Below are positions 1 through 7,474 of a stretch of 41,119 nt of DNA, piece after piece. Source of the stretch: a virus. The notes below the pieces were generated by a model that was not told the origin of the DNA, did no database searches, and worked only from the letters and a program-made list of their open reading frames with translations. The first letter of the stretch is position 1. Each line of letters opens with the position of its first letter. The position numbers and the translations under genes are program-made. The stretch lies in IMG/VR virus record IMGVR_UViG_3300035670_000511. One strand, written 5' to 3'.

Positions 1-127
1 CTCGTTGCAGTATTGACTAATCGAATAAAAGTCATAGCGGTCAAGGCTGCTGGCTGGAACGCTGGCGCCGTAACGGGTGTTGGTGAGCAAATCCCACAGA
101 CACCAAGCTGGGTCGTTGCACCAAGTC
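1..127. repeat. Left copy of a 127-bp exact terminal direct repeat (identical to 40993-41119). This is an assembly-type overlap that closes the sequence into a 40,992-bp circle.
   Basis: I compared the two ends base by base. All 127 positions match, and the identity stops at the window edge. Confidence 0.95.
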
Positions 128-1446
128 GCAGCGCCAAAAGTTCCATCCCAAACGCCTGCGTAAGTGACCCGCCCAATGTGAGTTGTTGTGTCAACCGTGG
201 CGTTGCTTGGCAACTGAATTTTGATGCCGCGAATCAGGTACTTACGTGGCGGGATGCTGTTGAAATCACGCGCATCAAAACGAAGGCCAACGAGTGCGCT
301 GTTTGGGTAGCGCAGTTTTTCGTCAATAATTTCTGTGTAACTTTGCCAATAGGTTTCGTTTTGGCGCTTTGCGGAGGATTCGTCGCCACTTAAACGAATG
401 ATGCGAACATCAACGGGAAACGCTCCATCGAAACCAACGTTGTAATCGCGCTGGTAAGAGTTGTTTGTTTTGCCGCTGATCGTGTCAGTCAGAACGTCTG
501 TATAACCGCCACCGTTGTATTGGATTTGAATTTTAAGTTCAACGCTATGGCCGACAATATCGCCGTCATCTTCAATAATTTGCAGGGCTGGAACTTGAAC
601 AGTTACACGAACGCGGTCAACATCGGTATCGGTGACGGTTCTGGTTATTGGTGTGTTGTAGAAGAGTTGGACGCCAACGCTCTTTTCTGATTCCGCGCCT
701 CCTGTAAAACTTGCAATAGCGGCTTGGGATTGAGTGCCATTGCGGGTGGTGACTGTGTAGCCGCGAAAGTTATCGTTTCCAGCAGCGTCTACAACGGGCG
801 TTCCATCCAGATAAATGCTGTTGGCGCCATTGTCTAAACCTTGAATTTCACCTTCGCTGATTAGATCCAGAACGTTTGCGTACTGAATTGATTGCAGCGA
901 GTCGTCGGCTTCGGTTGGTGTACGGGACTGACCGCCACCACCACCTTTGCCACCACCGCCTCCGCCACCACCAGCACCAGCGATACCAAGACCGAGGCCG
1001 GCATTGTGGACGCGAACACCGTTGGCGATGAAGGTGTGATGCCCTTCGACCGTCAGGTTGTAGACCGTGCCAGTGCAGAATTCGGTCTTGCCGACGATGG
1101 GGCGGAGGTGGCCGTTGGCATCAACGAGGCAATCGTCAGAACCGAGCGTGTCGATTTCGACGAAGGCATTGAACTGGTTTAGAACCCAGTGGTTAGGGGT
1201 TGCATCAAGATGCTGTCCGCCCCAGAGCGTGTAGCGGATGACGCGCTCGTTTTCGTGTTCGTGAACCTTGAGGATCTTAACTTCGTGGACTTCGCCGGTG
1301 TGATCAAAGCTCAGGACCAGATCGCCAGCCTGCAGTTCATCAATCCGGCGTTGGCCGCCTGGAACGTTGACGAGCGTATGCCCTAGGAAGCAACCGCCAC
1401 CACCGCCGCCACCAGAACCTTGGATCATTTGGATATTGCGGGTCAT
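1..1446 (-). CDS. J: Tail-tip / host-specificity protein, lambda gpJ-like, 5' portion. It starts at the ATG at 1446 and continues through the circular junction into 41119..38671. The full gene is 3768 nt (1255 aa).
   Basis: The ATG overlaps the gpI stop (TAATG). The minus-strand frame is open from 1446 to position 1 and is in phase with ORF 38671..41082 across the 127-bp overlap (both have codon low coordinates = 1 mod 3). After the Hint insert the sequence reads ..KGGGGGQSRTPTEADDSLQSIQYANVLDLISEGEIQGL.. and ..PAWCLWDLLTNTRYG... As I recall it, this parallels the lambda gpJ N-terminus (MGKGSSKGHTPREAKDNLKS.., AWCLWDMLTHPRYG). It is absent from the ORF track because it has no in-window stop. 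Confidence 0.9.
   Translation of the reverse strand, partial: MTRNIQMIQGSGGGGGGGCFLGHTLVNVPGGQRRIDELQAGDLVLSFDHTGEVHEVKILKVHEHENERVIRYTLWGGQHLDATPNHWVLNQFNAFVEIDTLGSDDCLVDANGHLRPIVGKTEFCTGTVYNLTVEGHHTFIANGVRVHNAGLGLGIAGAGGGGGGGGKGGGGGQSRTPTEADDSLQSIQYANVLDLISEGEIQGLDNGANSIYLDGTPVVDAAGNDNFRGYTVTTRNGTQSQAAIASFTGGAESEKSVGVQLFYNTPITRTVTDTDVDRVRVTVQVPALQIIEDDGDIVGHSVELKIQIQYNGGGYTDVLTDTISGKTNNSYQRDYNVGFDGAFPVDVRIIRLSGDESSAKRQNETYWQSYTEIIDEKLRYPNSALVGLRFDARDFNSIPPRKYLIRGIKIQLPSNATVDTTTHIGRVTYAGVWDGTFGAATWCNDPAWCLWDLLTNTRYGASVPASSLDRYDFYSISQYCNE
1003..1392 (-). other. Hint / mini-intein-like (BIL-type) domain, residues C19-N148 of the J-like protein
   Basis: My own translation gives CFLGHTLVNVPGGQRRIDELQAGDLVLSFDHTGEVHEVKILKVHEHENERVIRYTLWGGQHLDATPNHWVLNQFNAFVEIDTLGSDDCLVDANGHLRPIVGKTEFCTGTVYNLTVEGHHTFIANGVRVHN. 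It shows intein blocks A (Cys1), B (TPNH), F (VYNLTVEGHHTFIANG) and G (HN). The +1 residue is Ala. It is preceded by GSGGGGGGG and followed by a second Gly-rich tract. Confidence 0.8.
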
Positions 1447-2153
1447 TAGCTCTTACGTGAACGGAAGAAAGCGGCGAAGAGTTCTTCTTGAACTTGTTGT
1501 TGACTCTTGGTTGCACCGTTGCCGGTGCTTTCAACATCAAGACCGCTGGAAATCACAGCCGAACCAACAAAAACTCGACCGTAGGCAATGGGAACAGGTA
1601 AGCCTTGTTTGGCGGTATTGACGATTCCACTAAAACTGAATGATTCGAGCTTGGCGGCTTCACGTCCGCGCTCAAACGGGGAAGTTGATTGCACCGGAGC
1701 TGGTGAAAGCGATTGCGCGATACCTCCAAGAACAAGACTGGCGCCGATACCAACAACAGCGGTGCCAACCGTTCCGATGCCCATGAATCCTCCCAAGGCA
1801 ACACCAGCAGACGCAATACCACCAGTGACGATTGCCAACGTTATTAGGCCAATGCCCGCAAAAATCTGAGCTGCGCCTTCGCCAGCGCCAACAATTACGG
1901 GCGTAATGCTAAATACTTCGCGCTCACTAAATGGAGCGGCAATCAACATTGCATTCTGTTCGGTAACTTTTTCTTTCCCGATTGTCACCCGATAGCCGAC
2001 ACCTTCTTTCTCGCTATCAATTAACCACTTTTCTAAACCCGGAAAATTAACGCACAAGGCTTTCAAAACCTGCGCGGGCGTATCAGCTTCAAACTGAAAA
2101 CGGCATTGACCCAGCTTTTTGCGGAGTGCGCCGTAGACCTTAACGACTTTCAT
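1446..2153 (-). CDS. I: Tail assembly protein, lambda gpI-like
   Basis: 235 aa. It lies between the K-like and J-like genes. It has a Gly/Ala/Ile-rich central segment and the C-terminal motif ..GLPVPIAYGRVFVGSAVIS.. typical of the gpI family. Its start and stop overlap the neighbouring genes. Confidence 0.75.
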   Translation of the reverse strand: MKVVKVYGALRKKLGQCRFQFEADTPAQVLKALCVNFPGLEKWLIDSEKEGVGYRVTIGKEKVTEQNAMLIAAPFSEREVFSITPVIVGAGEGAAQIFAGIGLITLAIVTGGIASAGVALGGFMGIGTVGTAVVGIGASLVLGGIAQSLSPAPVQSTSPFERGREAAKLESFSFSGIVNTAKQGLPVPIAYGRVFVGSAVISSGLDVESTGNGATKSQQQVQEELFAAFFRSRKS

Positions 2154-2853
2154 GCCGCAGGACTCGGGCGGTGCTTTTCAGATAATAGCCGCCATAGATG
2201 TCGCGGCTACTGAGGCGTCCTTGGAGGTGGTGCAGGATCAGTTGGTCGCCAAGGTAGACAGCGGCGTGGTTGGGCAGCGGTGATTGCAGTTGCATCAGGA
2301 TCGCGTCGCCGTATTGCAGCTCCTCAAGCGGGATGGAGTAGAAGCCTTCGTTGGCGAAGTTGTCTAGGTATAAATTCTCACCCTTGAGCCAGAACTGATC
2401 GCGGCGGTCGTAGTCGCGCAGGTTGAGACCGAATTCGCGGTTGTACCAGTCGCGGCAGAGCGTGTAGCAGTCCACGATGCCAAACATGAACTCGCGCCCC
2501 ACGTAGGGCAGTTCAAAGCCTTCAGGCTCGCAATAACCCCATTGCTCGGTCTGCGGGTTGACGACGTGCCAAGGGAGGCCGGATTTTTCGCAGGCAACGC
2601 GGTCGGCTTGGGATGGGGCGTGGTTGGTCTTCGGGTGGCTATGCACAACGGCGACGATTTCGCCCTGCTCTTCCACGGCGGCGTAGTCAACAGGATCCAA
2701 GACGAAATGCTCGTCTGGTGTCTCGGCCATGTTGCGGCACGGAAAATACCGTTTGCGACCCTTGACCACCGCCACCAGCCCGCAGGATTCCTTGGGAAAC
2801 TCGGTTCTGGCGTGTTCCAGTGCAGCAGCCTGTACGGCTTCGGATAATTTCAT
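2140..2853 (-). CDS. K: Tail tip assembly protein, lambda gpK-like (JAB/MPN metalloprotease motif plus NlpC/P60-type cysteine peptidase half)
   Basis: It carries the HSHPKTNHAPSQAD motif (HxH..S..D JAMM) in the N-terminal half and a Cys...His (DCYTLCRDWY ... NHAAVYLG) half. Its position between L and I matches lambda. Confidence 0.8.
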   Translation of the reverse strand: MKLSEAVQAAALEHARTEFPKESCGLVAVVKGRKRYFPCRNMAETPDEHFVLDPVDYAAVEEQGEIVAVVHSHPKTNHAPSQADRVACEKSGLPWHVVNPQTEQWGYCEPEGFELPYVGREFMFGIVDCYTLCRDWYNREFGLNLRDYDRRDQFWLKGENLYLDNFANEGFYSIPLEELQYGDAILMQLQSPLPNHAAVYLGDQLILHHLQGRLSSRDIYGGYYLKSTARVLRHESR

Positions 2854-3743
2854 TGCGTCAGACCAGCGCCGGGGAAAGATCCAAAGGGCAACTCGGCGGT
2901 TTCACCGAAACGTAATTTGCAGGAACTGAGGCGCTTGCCGCATTTATCGGCTGCCAAGGTGCCAACGCTGTTGTCATTGATGTCCCAGTAGTTGCTGCCG
3001 GTGTAGCCGCACTCGGTGCTGCGGTATTTCCACTGGCAGATGTTGGCAATGATCTGGCGCTTGGGAATCATCACGCCAGCGAGATCGAATTTGCTTGCCA
3101 GCTCAAAACTCACCGAGTCGCGGTTTTCGCTTGCCTTGCGGTCTACATACCAGATTTCATCGGGGAACTTGGCGTGTGGATCTGCGGCGGTCTCGCCGTC
3201 AAGGTATTTTTTCAGGGTGCGAATGCGCTTGACCGTGGCGCCACCGAGGTCGTTACCGGGTGTGGTGGCGTTGACCAGCAACAGCAGCGTGGTCATGGTG
3301 CCATCCAGATTGCTGATGGTCAGCGTGGGGCGCGGCAGGGTGCCGGTGTTGCTGTATTCAAAGCCCTCGGCCTTGACGGGTAGGCGGGTGTAAGTATTGC
3401 CGTTCCAGACGATGTTGCCACTGATATTGGCATTGCAGCCATTGTGCCAGCGGTAGGTGTCGCTGCTGCCGTGCAGGGTTGTGTCCAGCGTCATCTCAAA
3501 CAGTTCAATGATGGCGCTTGGTGCCAGTGCGGCCAGCTCCTCGTAGACGCTGCTAATCGCCGTCCAGACAACCGTGCCATCGGTGACGGTGCTGCCAATG
3601 TCGGTTGGCCACGTTGGTTGCGTGCTGGAGCTGGTGCCGGCCGTGGTGCATTGGAAGACAAGACCGGACGCCTGCAGGCTGCTGGCGCGGACAATATCGC
3701 CAACGACATATGCGGTTGAACTAGCCCAGGCTGAATACGCCAT
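2850..3743 (-). CDS. L: Minor tail protein, lambda gpL-like, with an extra N-terminal carbohydrate-binding-like module of about 65 aa
   Basis: The C-terminal region ..ICQWKYRSTECGYTGS..DKCGKRLSSCKLRFG.. matches the Cys cluster of gpL (TCTWTYRGDECGYSG..DKCSKCLSGCKFR). ..LPRPTLTISNLDG.. matches RPTLTVSNLYG. The N-terminus, AWASSTAYVVGDIVRA...QCTTAGTS..TQPTWPT..GSTVTDGTVVWT, resembles CBM5/12. Confidence 0.85.
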   Translation of the reverse strand: MAYSAWASSTAYVVGDIVRASSLQASGLVFQCTTAGTSSSTQPTWPTDIGSTVTDGTVVWTAISSVYEELAALAPSAIIELFEMTLDTTLHGSSDTYRWHNGCNANISGNIVWNGNTYTRLPVKAEGFEYSNTGTLPRPTLTISNLDGTMTTLLLLVNATTPGNDLGGATVKRIRTLKKYLDGETAADPHAKFPDEIWYVDRKASENRDSVSFELASKFDLAGVMIPKRQIIANICQWKYRSTECGYTGSNYWDINDNSVGTLAADKCGKRLSSCKLRFGETAELPFGSFPGAGLTQ

Positions 3744-4084
3744 CAGGGTTCAAATACTTGTTGAAAGGTGGCCGTGATGGTGGCGCGGTTTTTGTAGGGG
3801 ACGGATTTGTTCCACTCTGGGCAAATCCACTTGTAGGAGGTGGCTTCGTCGAGGGGAGTCCAGTCGAAGCTGGCGTTGTCGGCGGCCCGGTCGTTGAGGA
3901 AGGTTTCGATGGTGTCCGCGTCGGTTTCGGAGACTTCCCAGGTCAGGCTCCAGCTCTTGGGGTTTTGGTTGAGGCCGTAGGTCAGACGTTGTTGGTAGCC
4001 GTCGCCGAATTGGACCGTGCGGACGTTGGGGCGGCTGTTTTTTTGGGCGCCGTAGGTTGGCGTTATGGCGGGGAAGGTGGCCAT
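3743..4084 (-). CDS. M: Minor tail protein, lambda gpM-like
   Basis: 113 aa, immediately downstream of the tape measure and coupled to its neighbours (TGATG / TAATG overlaps). It has the motif ..VRTVQFGDGYQQR.. typical of the Phage_min_tail family. Confidence 0.75.
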   Translation of the reverse strand: MATFPAITPTYGAQKNSRPNVRTVQFGDGYQQRLTYGLNQNPKSWSLTWEVSETDADTIETFLNDRAADNASFDWTPLDEATSYKWICPEWNKSVPYKNRATITATFQQVFEP

Positions 4085-6876
4085 TAGGCGAGCAAGCCTC
4101 CGGGACGTTTTTGTTTGATGAGTTCTTGCTGGACCGCGATGCCGATGACTTTGCCGAGTTGGTTGGCTTGGCCCGGATCGCCTCCCACACTAGAGCCGCC
4201 GGCATCGACGTTCACGACAATGTTTGCGCCACCCATGCCCATCGCATCATTGGGATAGATGCTGCCACTGGTGCGCGGCATGAACAATTCGGGACCACGC
4301 TCGCCGACGATGTAAGGCGAACCAGCGGAGACTGGACCGCCGTCAGCACGGTATTGAGCAGCTGCAGCATTGAAAGAAGCAAGGCGATCAATACCAGGAG
4401 CCTTTGGTGCAAATACACCCTGCAAGGCAGAGATAGCTTGATTTATTACAAATACGCGCAGTAACTCGTTAGCGATGCTTCGTAAAACATTGCTTGCAAT
4501 ATTTTGCAGTGATTCTGCCCAAGCATCTGTACCTTCAATCAGCAAACTAAACGTATCTGTAAGACCAGAACTGAAACTGCTGTAAATACCCCCGAAGCGT
4601 TCTGCATGTTGATTTAGAAGCAGTTGCTGCTGCTCCATTTGTTGGATAACGGCAAGACTGCGTTCTTTTACAGCAACATCCTGTAAACCTAAATTTACAA
4701 GTTGCGCTTCATTTTCGACATTTTCACCTTCCGCTTTTCGCCGCAGCAGCTCCCCTAACTGCAGCTCCAGTTGAGTACGTTGTGTTAAAAGCTGAACACG
4801 CTGGTTGTCTTGTTGGGTAAGTAATCTTTGTGTTTCGAGGCTTCGCACATCTTGCCCGCGAAGACGCCCGATCTGCTCTTGAAGGCTTAATACCTGAGTT
4901 TGGCCTTCCAGTTGACTGGTAATTACGTCAGCCTGGGCTTGAGCAACAGAACGCCGTTGCGTGTAATCAGCAATTATTTTTTGTTTTTGCGCAATACGTT
5001 CTGTGAGATACAACTCGTTATTAAGAATAGCCCTTTTAATATCAAATATTTTTAAGATTCTCTCTTGTTCTTTGGCTGTTTTTGCGGTTTTTAATGCTAT
5101 GTCTTCTTCAGCATTTAATTCAGCAAGTTTAAGTACGCCAACCTCTCTTGCTATACTTACTTGATACTTAAACGCGGCAACAGTACCTTCTTGAAATTCA
5201 ACAATTTTTGCGTAATCTTCACGCGATTGAATATTTACTTGCCGCTGCTGTTTAATCAAATTAAGATTGTCAATTTCATTTTGACGAGTTTGATCTTGGG
5301 ATTGTTTATCAATTTGCTGAAGTTGTGCAGCGTACTGAAGGTTTGCTGTTGTGATGAGAGCTTTATTGCGTTCTAGGTTGAAGCCTTCACGCAACATTGT
5401 GTTTTTAATTTCCAGCAATTTATTTTCATACTCTTGTTGAGCTACTCGTTTAGACGCAGCTACGTAGGCTTCTTGATTCCTTGCAATATCTAAACCAGCA
5501 AGTCCTAGCTGAGCAGCTGCTACATCACGTTGTTTTTCAAGTTCTTTTGTAGTTGCCTGTTCTAACTGAAACCTTTTTTGTGCCTCAGGAGAAAGTTGTA
5601 ACTTCTGAGGATTTACGTACTGCTTAAATTCAGATTGTAAATTCCTGATAGCCGCATCTCGTTCAGCCGGAGACGCCATACCAAGACGACTAGCAAGCTG
5701 TGTAGAACGTTGTACATAACGTTGTTGCTGCGCTGGCGGCAAACTGGCAACAAAATTTTGCTGCTCAATAGCAGCTTGGTTAGCCTGTGTAAAAACAGTA
5801 AGTCCTTTATTTATTGCGCTAAGAAATGCTGCGAGCGGTCCGGCTACTAGACTCTGTATTTGCAGTCCCAGCTCAGCGAGAGTGCGGGTTAAACGAGAGT
5901 TTGCAGTGTCTAAATTTGATAGGTTTTTGCTGCCCTCTACACCAATTTTTTTCAGTATTTCAGCTTGAATTACAGTGTTAGCTTTTGCAACTTGTCCGCT
6001 GCTTAAGAGTGCGTCTATGTAACGCTCTTGTGCAGATGATGCAAGTATGCTGGAGGTTTTTAAGGCTTCAAATTGTGTTATTGGATCTCGTAAAACTTTT
6101 GCAGTTTCTTTAGCTGATTTATTGAGATTATCGAATACTTGACCGATTGCCGTACCAACGAGCGAAAGGCCGAAACCAAACTGCCCTCCGGCAAAACCGC
6201 CGACGGCTCCACCGATGCCACCACCAGCTGCGGCACCTACGCCTTGACCAAATAGAAGTGGAAAGGCGCCACCGATAATTGCATTGCTTAATGCCTCGCG
6301 GTTGCGTGCAGCGCGAAATGCCGGAGAGCCGGGAATATTAGTTCTGCCGCCAATGGGAGAGCTGGGACCGCCTTGAGATATGGCCGCCTCTAAATTTGCT
6401 TCTGCCTGCCGTTTGCGCCTGAGTTCTAGAAGGCGGATCTGACGTTGTGCGAGCTGAATCTGTCGTTCTTCGACGGATTGCATCCCACGGGCAGAACGGA
6501 TTATATTTTCTTGCTCCAGGGCGACTTTCTGTAGTGCTCGGGCTTGGTTATCGGCAGCAATCGTAAAATTTTTGAAGTCCGCTGTTCCAATGCGAGCATT
6601 GGCGGATAAAAAGCGAAAAGATTCGGCTACGGCTTGCATCCGCGCCTGAGTATTTTTTAGTCCCTTGCCCGTATTTACTGATTCACGGGCTAAATCGCGG
6701 AAAGGTACTAGGGCTTTGCGGATGTCATCACCCAGTTTTCCAGTGCCAGGTGCTGTAATGTCGATCGCCTTGATCGACTTCATCCGAGTTTCAAGTTGTC
6801 CTACGGCTCGCAGGACTTTGTTAAGGCGTTCTTCGCCTGTTACCCGTAGGGCTATGTCTACGCCGTACTCAGCCAC
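4084..6876 (-). CDS. Tail tape measure protein
   Basis: 930 aa and the largest ORF of the tail module. It has a long Q/E/K/L-rich coiled-coil core and a Gly-rich hydrophobic stretch (GGAFPLLFGQGVGAAAGGGIGGAVGGFAGGQFGFGLSLVG). It sits after the G/T chaperone and before M. The start codon is GTG. Confidence 0.9.
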   Translation of the reverse strand: MAEYGVDIALRVTGEERLNKVLRAVGQLETRMKSIKAIDITAPGTGKLGDDIRKALVPFRDLARESVNTGKGLKNTQARMQAVAESFRFLSANARIGTADFKNFTIAADNQARALQKVALEQENIIRSARGMQSVEERQIQLAQRQIRLLELRRKRQAEANLEAAISQGGPSSPIGGRTNIPGSPAFRAARNREALSNAIIGGAFPLLFGQGVGAAAGGGIGGAVGGFAGGQFGFGLSLVGTAIGQVFDNLNKSAKETAKVLRDPITQFEALKTSSILASSAQERYIDALLSSGQVAKANTVIQAEILKKIGVEGSKNLSNLDTANSRLTRTLAELGLQIQSLVAGPLAAFLSAINKGLTVFTQANQAAIEQQNFVASLPPAQQQRYVQRSTQLASRLGMASPAERDAAIRNLQSEFKQYVNPQKLQLSPEAQKRFQLEQATTKELEKQRDVAAAQLGLAGLDIARNQEAYVAASKRVAQQEYENKLLEIKNTMLREGFNLERNKALITTANLQYAAQLQQIDKQSQDQTRQNEIDNLNLIKQQRQVNIQSREDYAKIVEFQEGTVAAFKYQVSIAREVGVLKLAELNAEEDIALKTAKTAKEQERILKIFDIKRAILNNELYLTERIAQKQKIIADYTQRRSVAQAQADVITSQLEGQTQVLSLQEQIGRLRGQDVRSLETQRLLTQQDNQRVQLLTQRTQLELQLGELLRRKAEGENVENEAQLVNLGLQDVAVKERSLAVIQQMEQQQLLLNQHAERFGGIYSSFSSGLTDTFSLLIEGTDAWAESLQNIASNVLRSIANELLRVFVINQAISALQGVFAPKAPGIDRLASFNAAAAQYRADGGPVSAGSPYIVGERGPELFMPRTSGSIYPNDAMGMGGANIVVNVDAGGSSVGGDPGQANQLGKVIGIAVQQELIKQKRPGGLLA

Positions 6877-6904
6877 GGGCAGGCACTAGAAGTCTGTCTG
6901 CAGT

Positions 6905-7099
6905 TTAACGGGAGCGCATTGTCGCAGCTTGGGAATTGCGGCGACTGCGCTCCATGGCTTTTTCTTCGTATTCAGCTTTTACCTCGAAATACGCGGCCCA
7001 GCCGATAAGCTCCTCTTGTGTAACAACCTCAGCTAGTTGTTTTAGCGTCATGCCGAGTTCGGCGGCAAGCGCGAAGAGGAAATACTTGTCGGCGTTAGC
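6905..7099 (-). CDS. gpT-like extension frame of the tail assembly chaperone, reached from G by an apparent +1 shift. Alternatively it is an independent 48-aa ORF starting at ATG 7051.
   Basis: The frame +1 relative to G reads ..K-ANADKYFLFALAAELGMTLKQLAEVVTQEELIGWAAYFEVKAEYEEKAMERSRRNSQAATMRSR*. It fills the gap between the G stop (7095) and the TMP start (6876). The LG.t..eL......EL..W.AY motif is typical of tail chaperones. Confidence 0.5.
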   Translation of the reverse strand, partial: ANADKYFLFALAAELGMTLKQLAEVVTQEELIGWAAYFEVKAEYEEKAMERSRRNSQAATMRSR

Positions 7100-7445
7100 T
7101 TTTGAGATCGGCTTTCGCTTCCTCCACCTTGGTTTCGGAGCCGGAAGTCAGCATTGCCAGTTGGATTTCTTGGAGGATGCTGGCTTCGACTTCGCGGCGG
7201 AGGGCGGCGCGATCGCCGTCTTGGAAGAGGCGCTTGCCGTCTTTGTCGAGGGCTTTTTCGATCATGAGACTCAGCGCGAAGTCACCAGCATCGTCGGAGC
7301 CCGACTTTTTCTGGATGGACTCGCGCTCGGCGATAGTAAGAGGGTGCCAGTAGATCTCCAGCAGGGTCTCGTCGCCGGACTTGACTTCGTGCTTGTAAAG
7401 CTGGCTGACTCCGAATTTGTTGCGGAGCAGTTCGACGGCTCGCAT
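7095..7445 (-). CDS. Tail assembly chaperone, gpG-like
   Basis: 116 aa and acidic, directly upstream of the tape measure. ..LLEIYWHPLTIAERESI.. resembles the chaperone N-terminal motif. Confidence 0.6.
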   Translation of the reverse strand: MRAVELLRNKFGVSQLYKHEVKSGDETLLEIYWHPLTIAERESIQKKSGSDDAGDFALSLMIEKALDKDGKRLFQDGDRAALRREVEASILQEIQLAMLTSGSETKVEEAKADLKS

Positions 7446-7474
7446 GGAGCGGGTGCAAGTTGTTCAATAATACA

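Noticed and set aside
13-393. 126-aa plus-strand ORF at the window start
   Set aside because: It is antisense to the J-like coding frame, which is continuous across the circular junction.
1003-1392. Interpretation as a normally splicing intein
   Set aside because: The residue after the terminal Asn is Ala, which offers no nucleophile for transesterification, and the N-extein is only 18 residues. I therefore report it as a BIL-like cleavage module. A degenerate intein cannot be excluded, since a single GCC-to-TCC/ACC change would restore Ser or Thr.
7040-7103. Canonical -1 frameshift at the end of the gpG-like gene
   Set aside because: The -1 frame closes after 17 codons (..KLTPTSISSSRLPPNSA*) and there is no X XXY YYZ heptamer. 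Only the +1 frame gives a gpT-sized extension.
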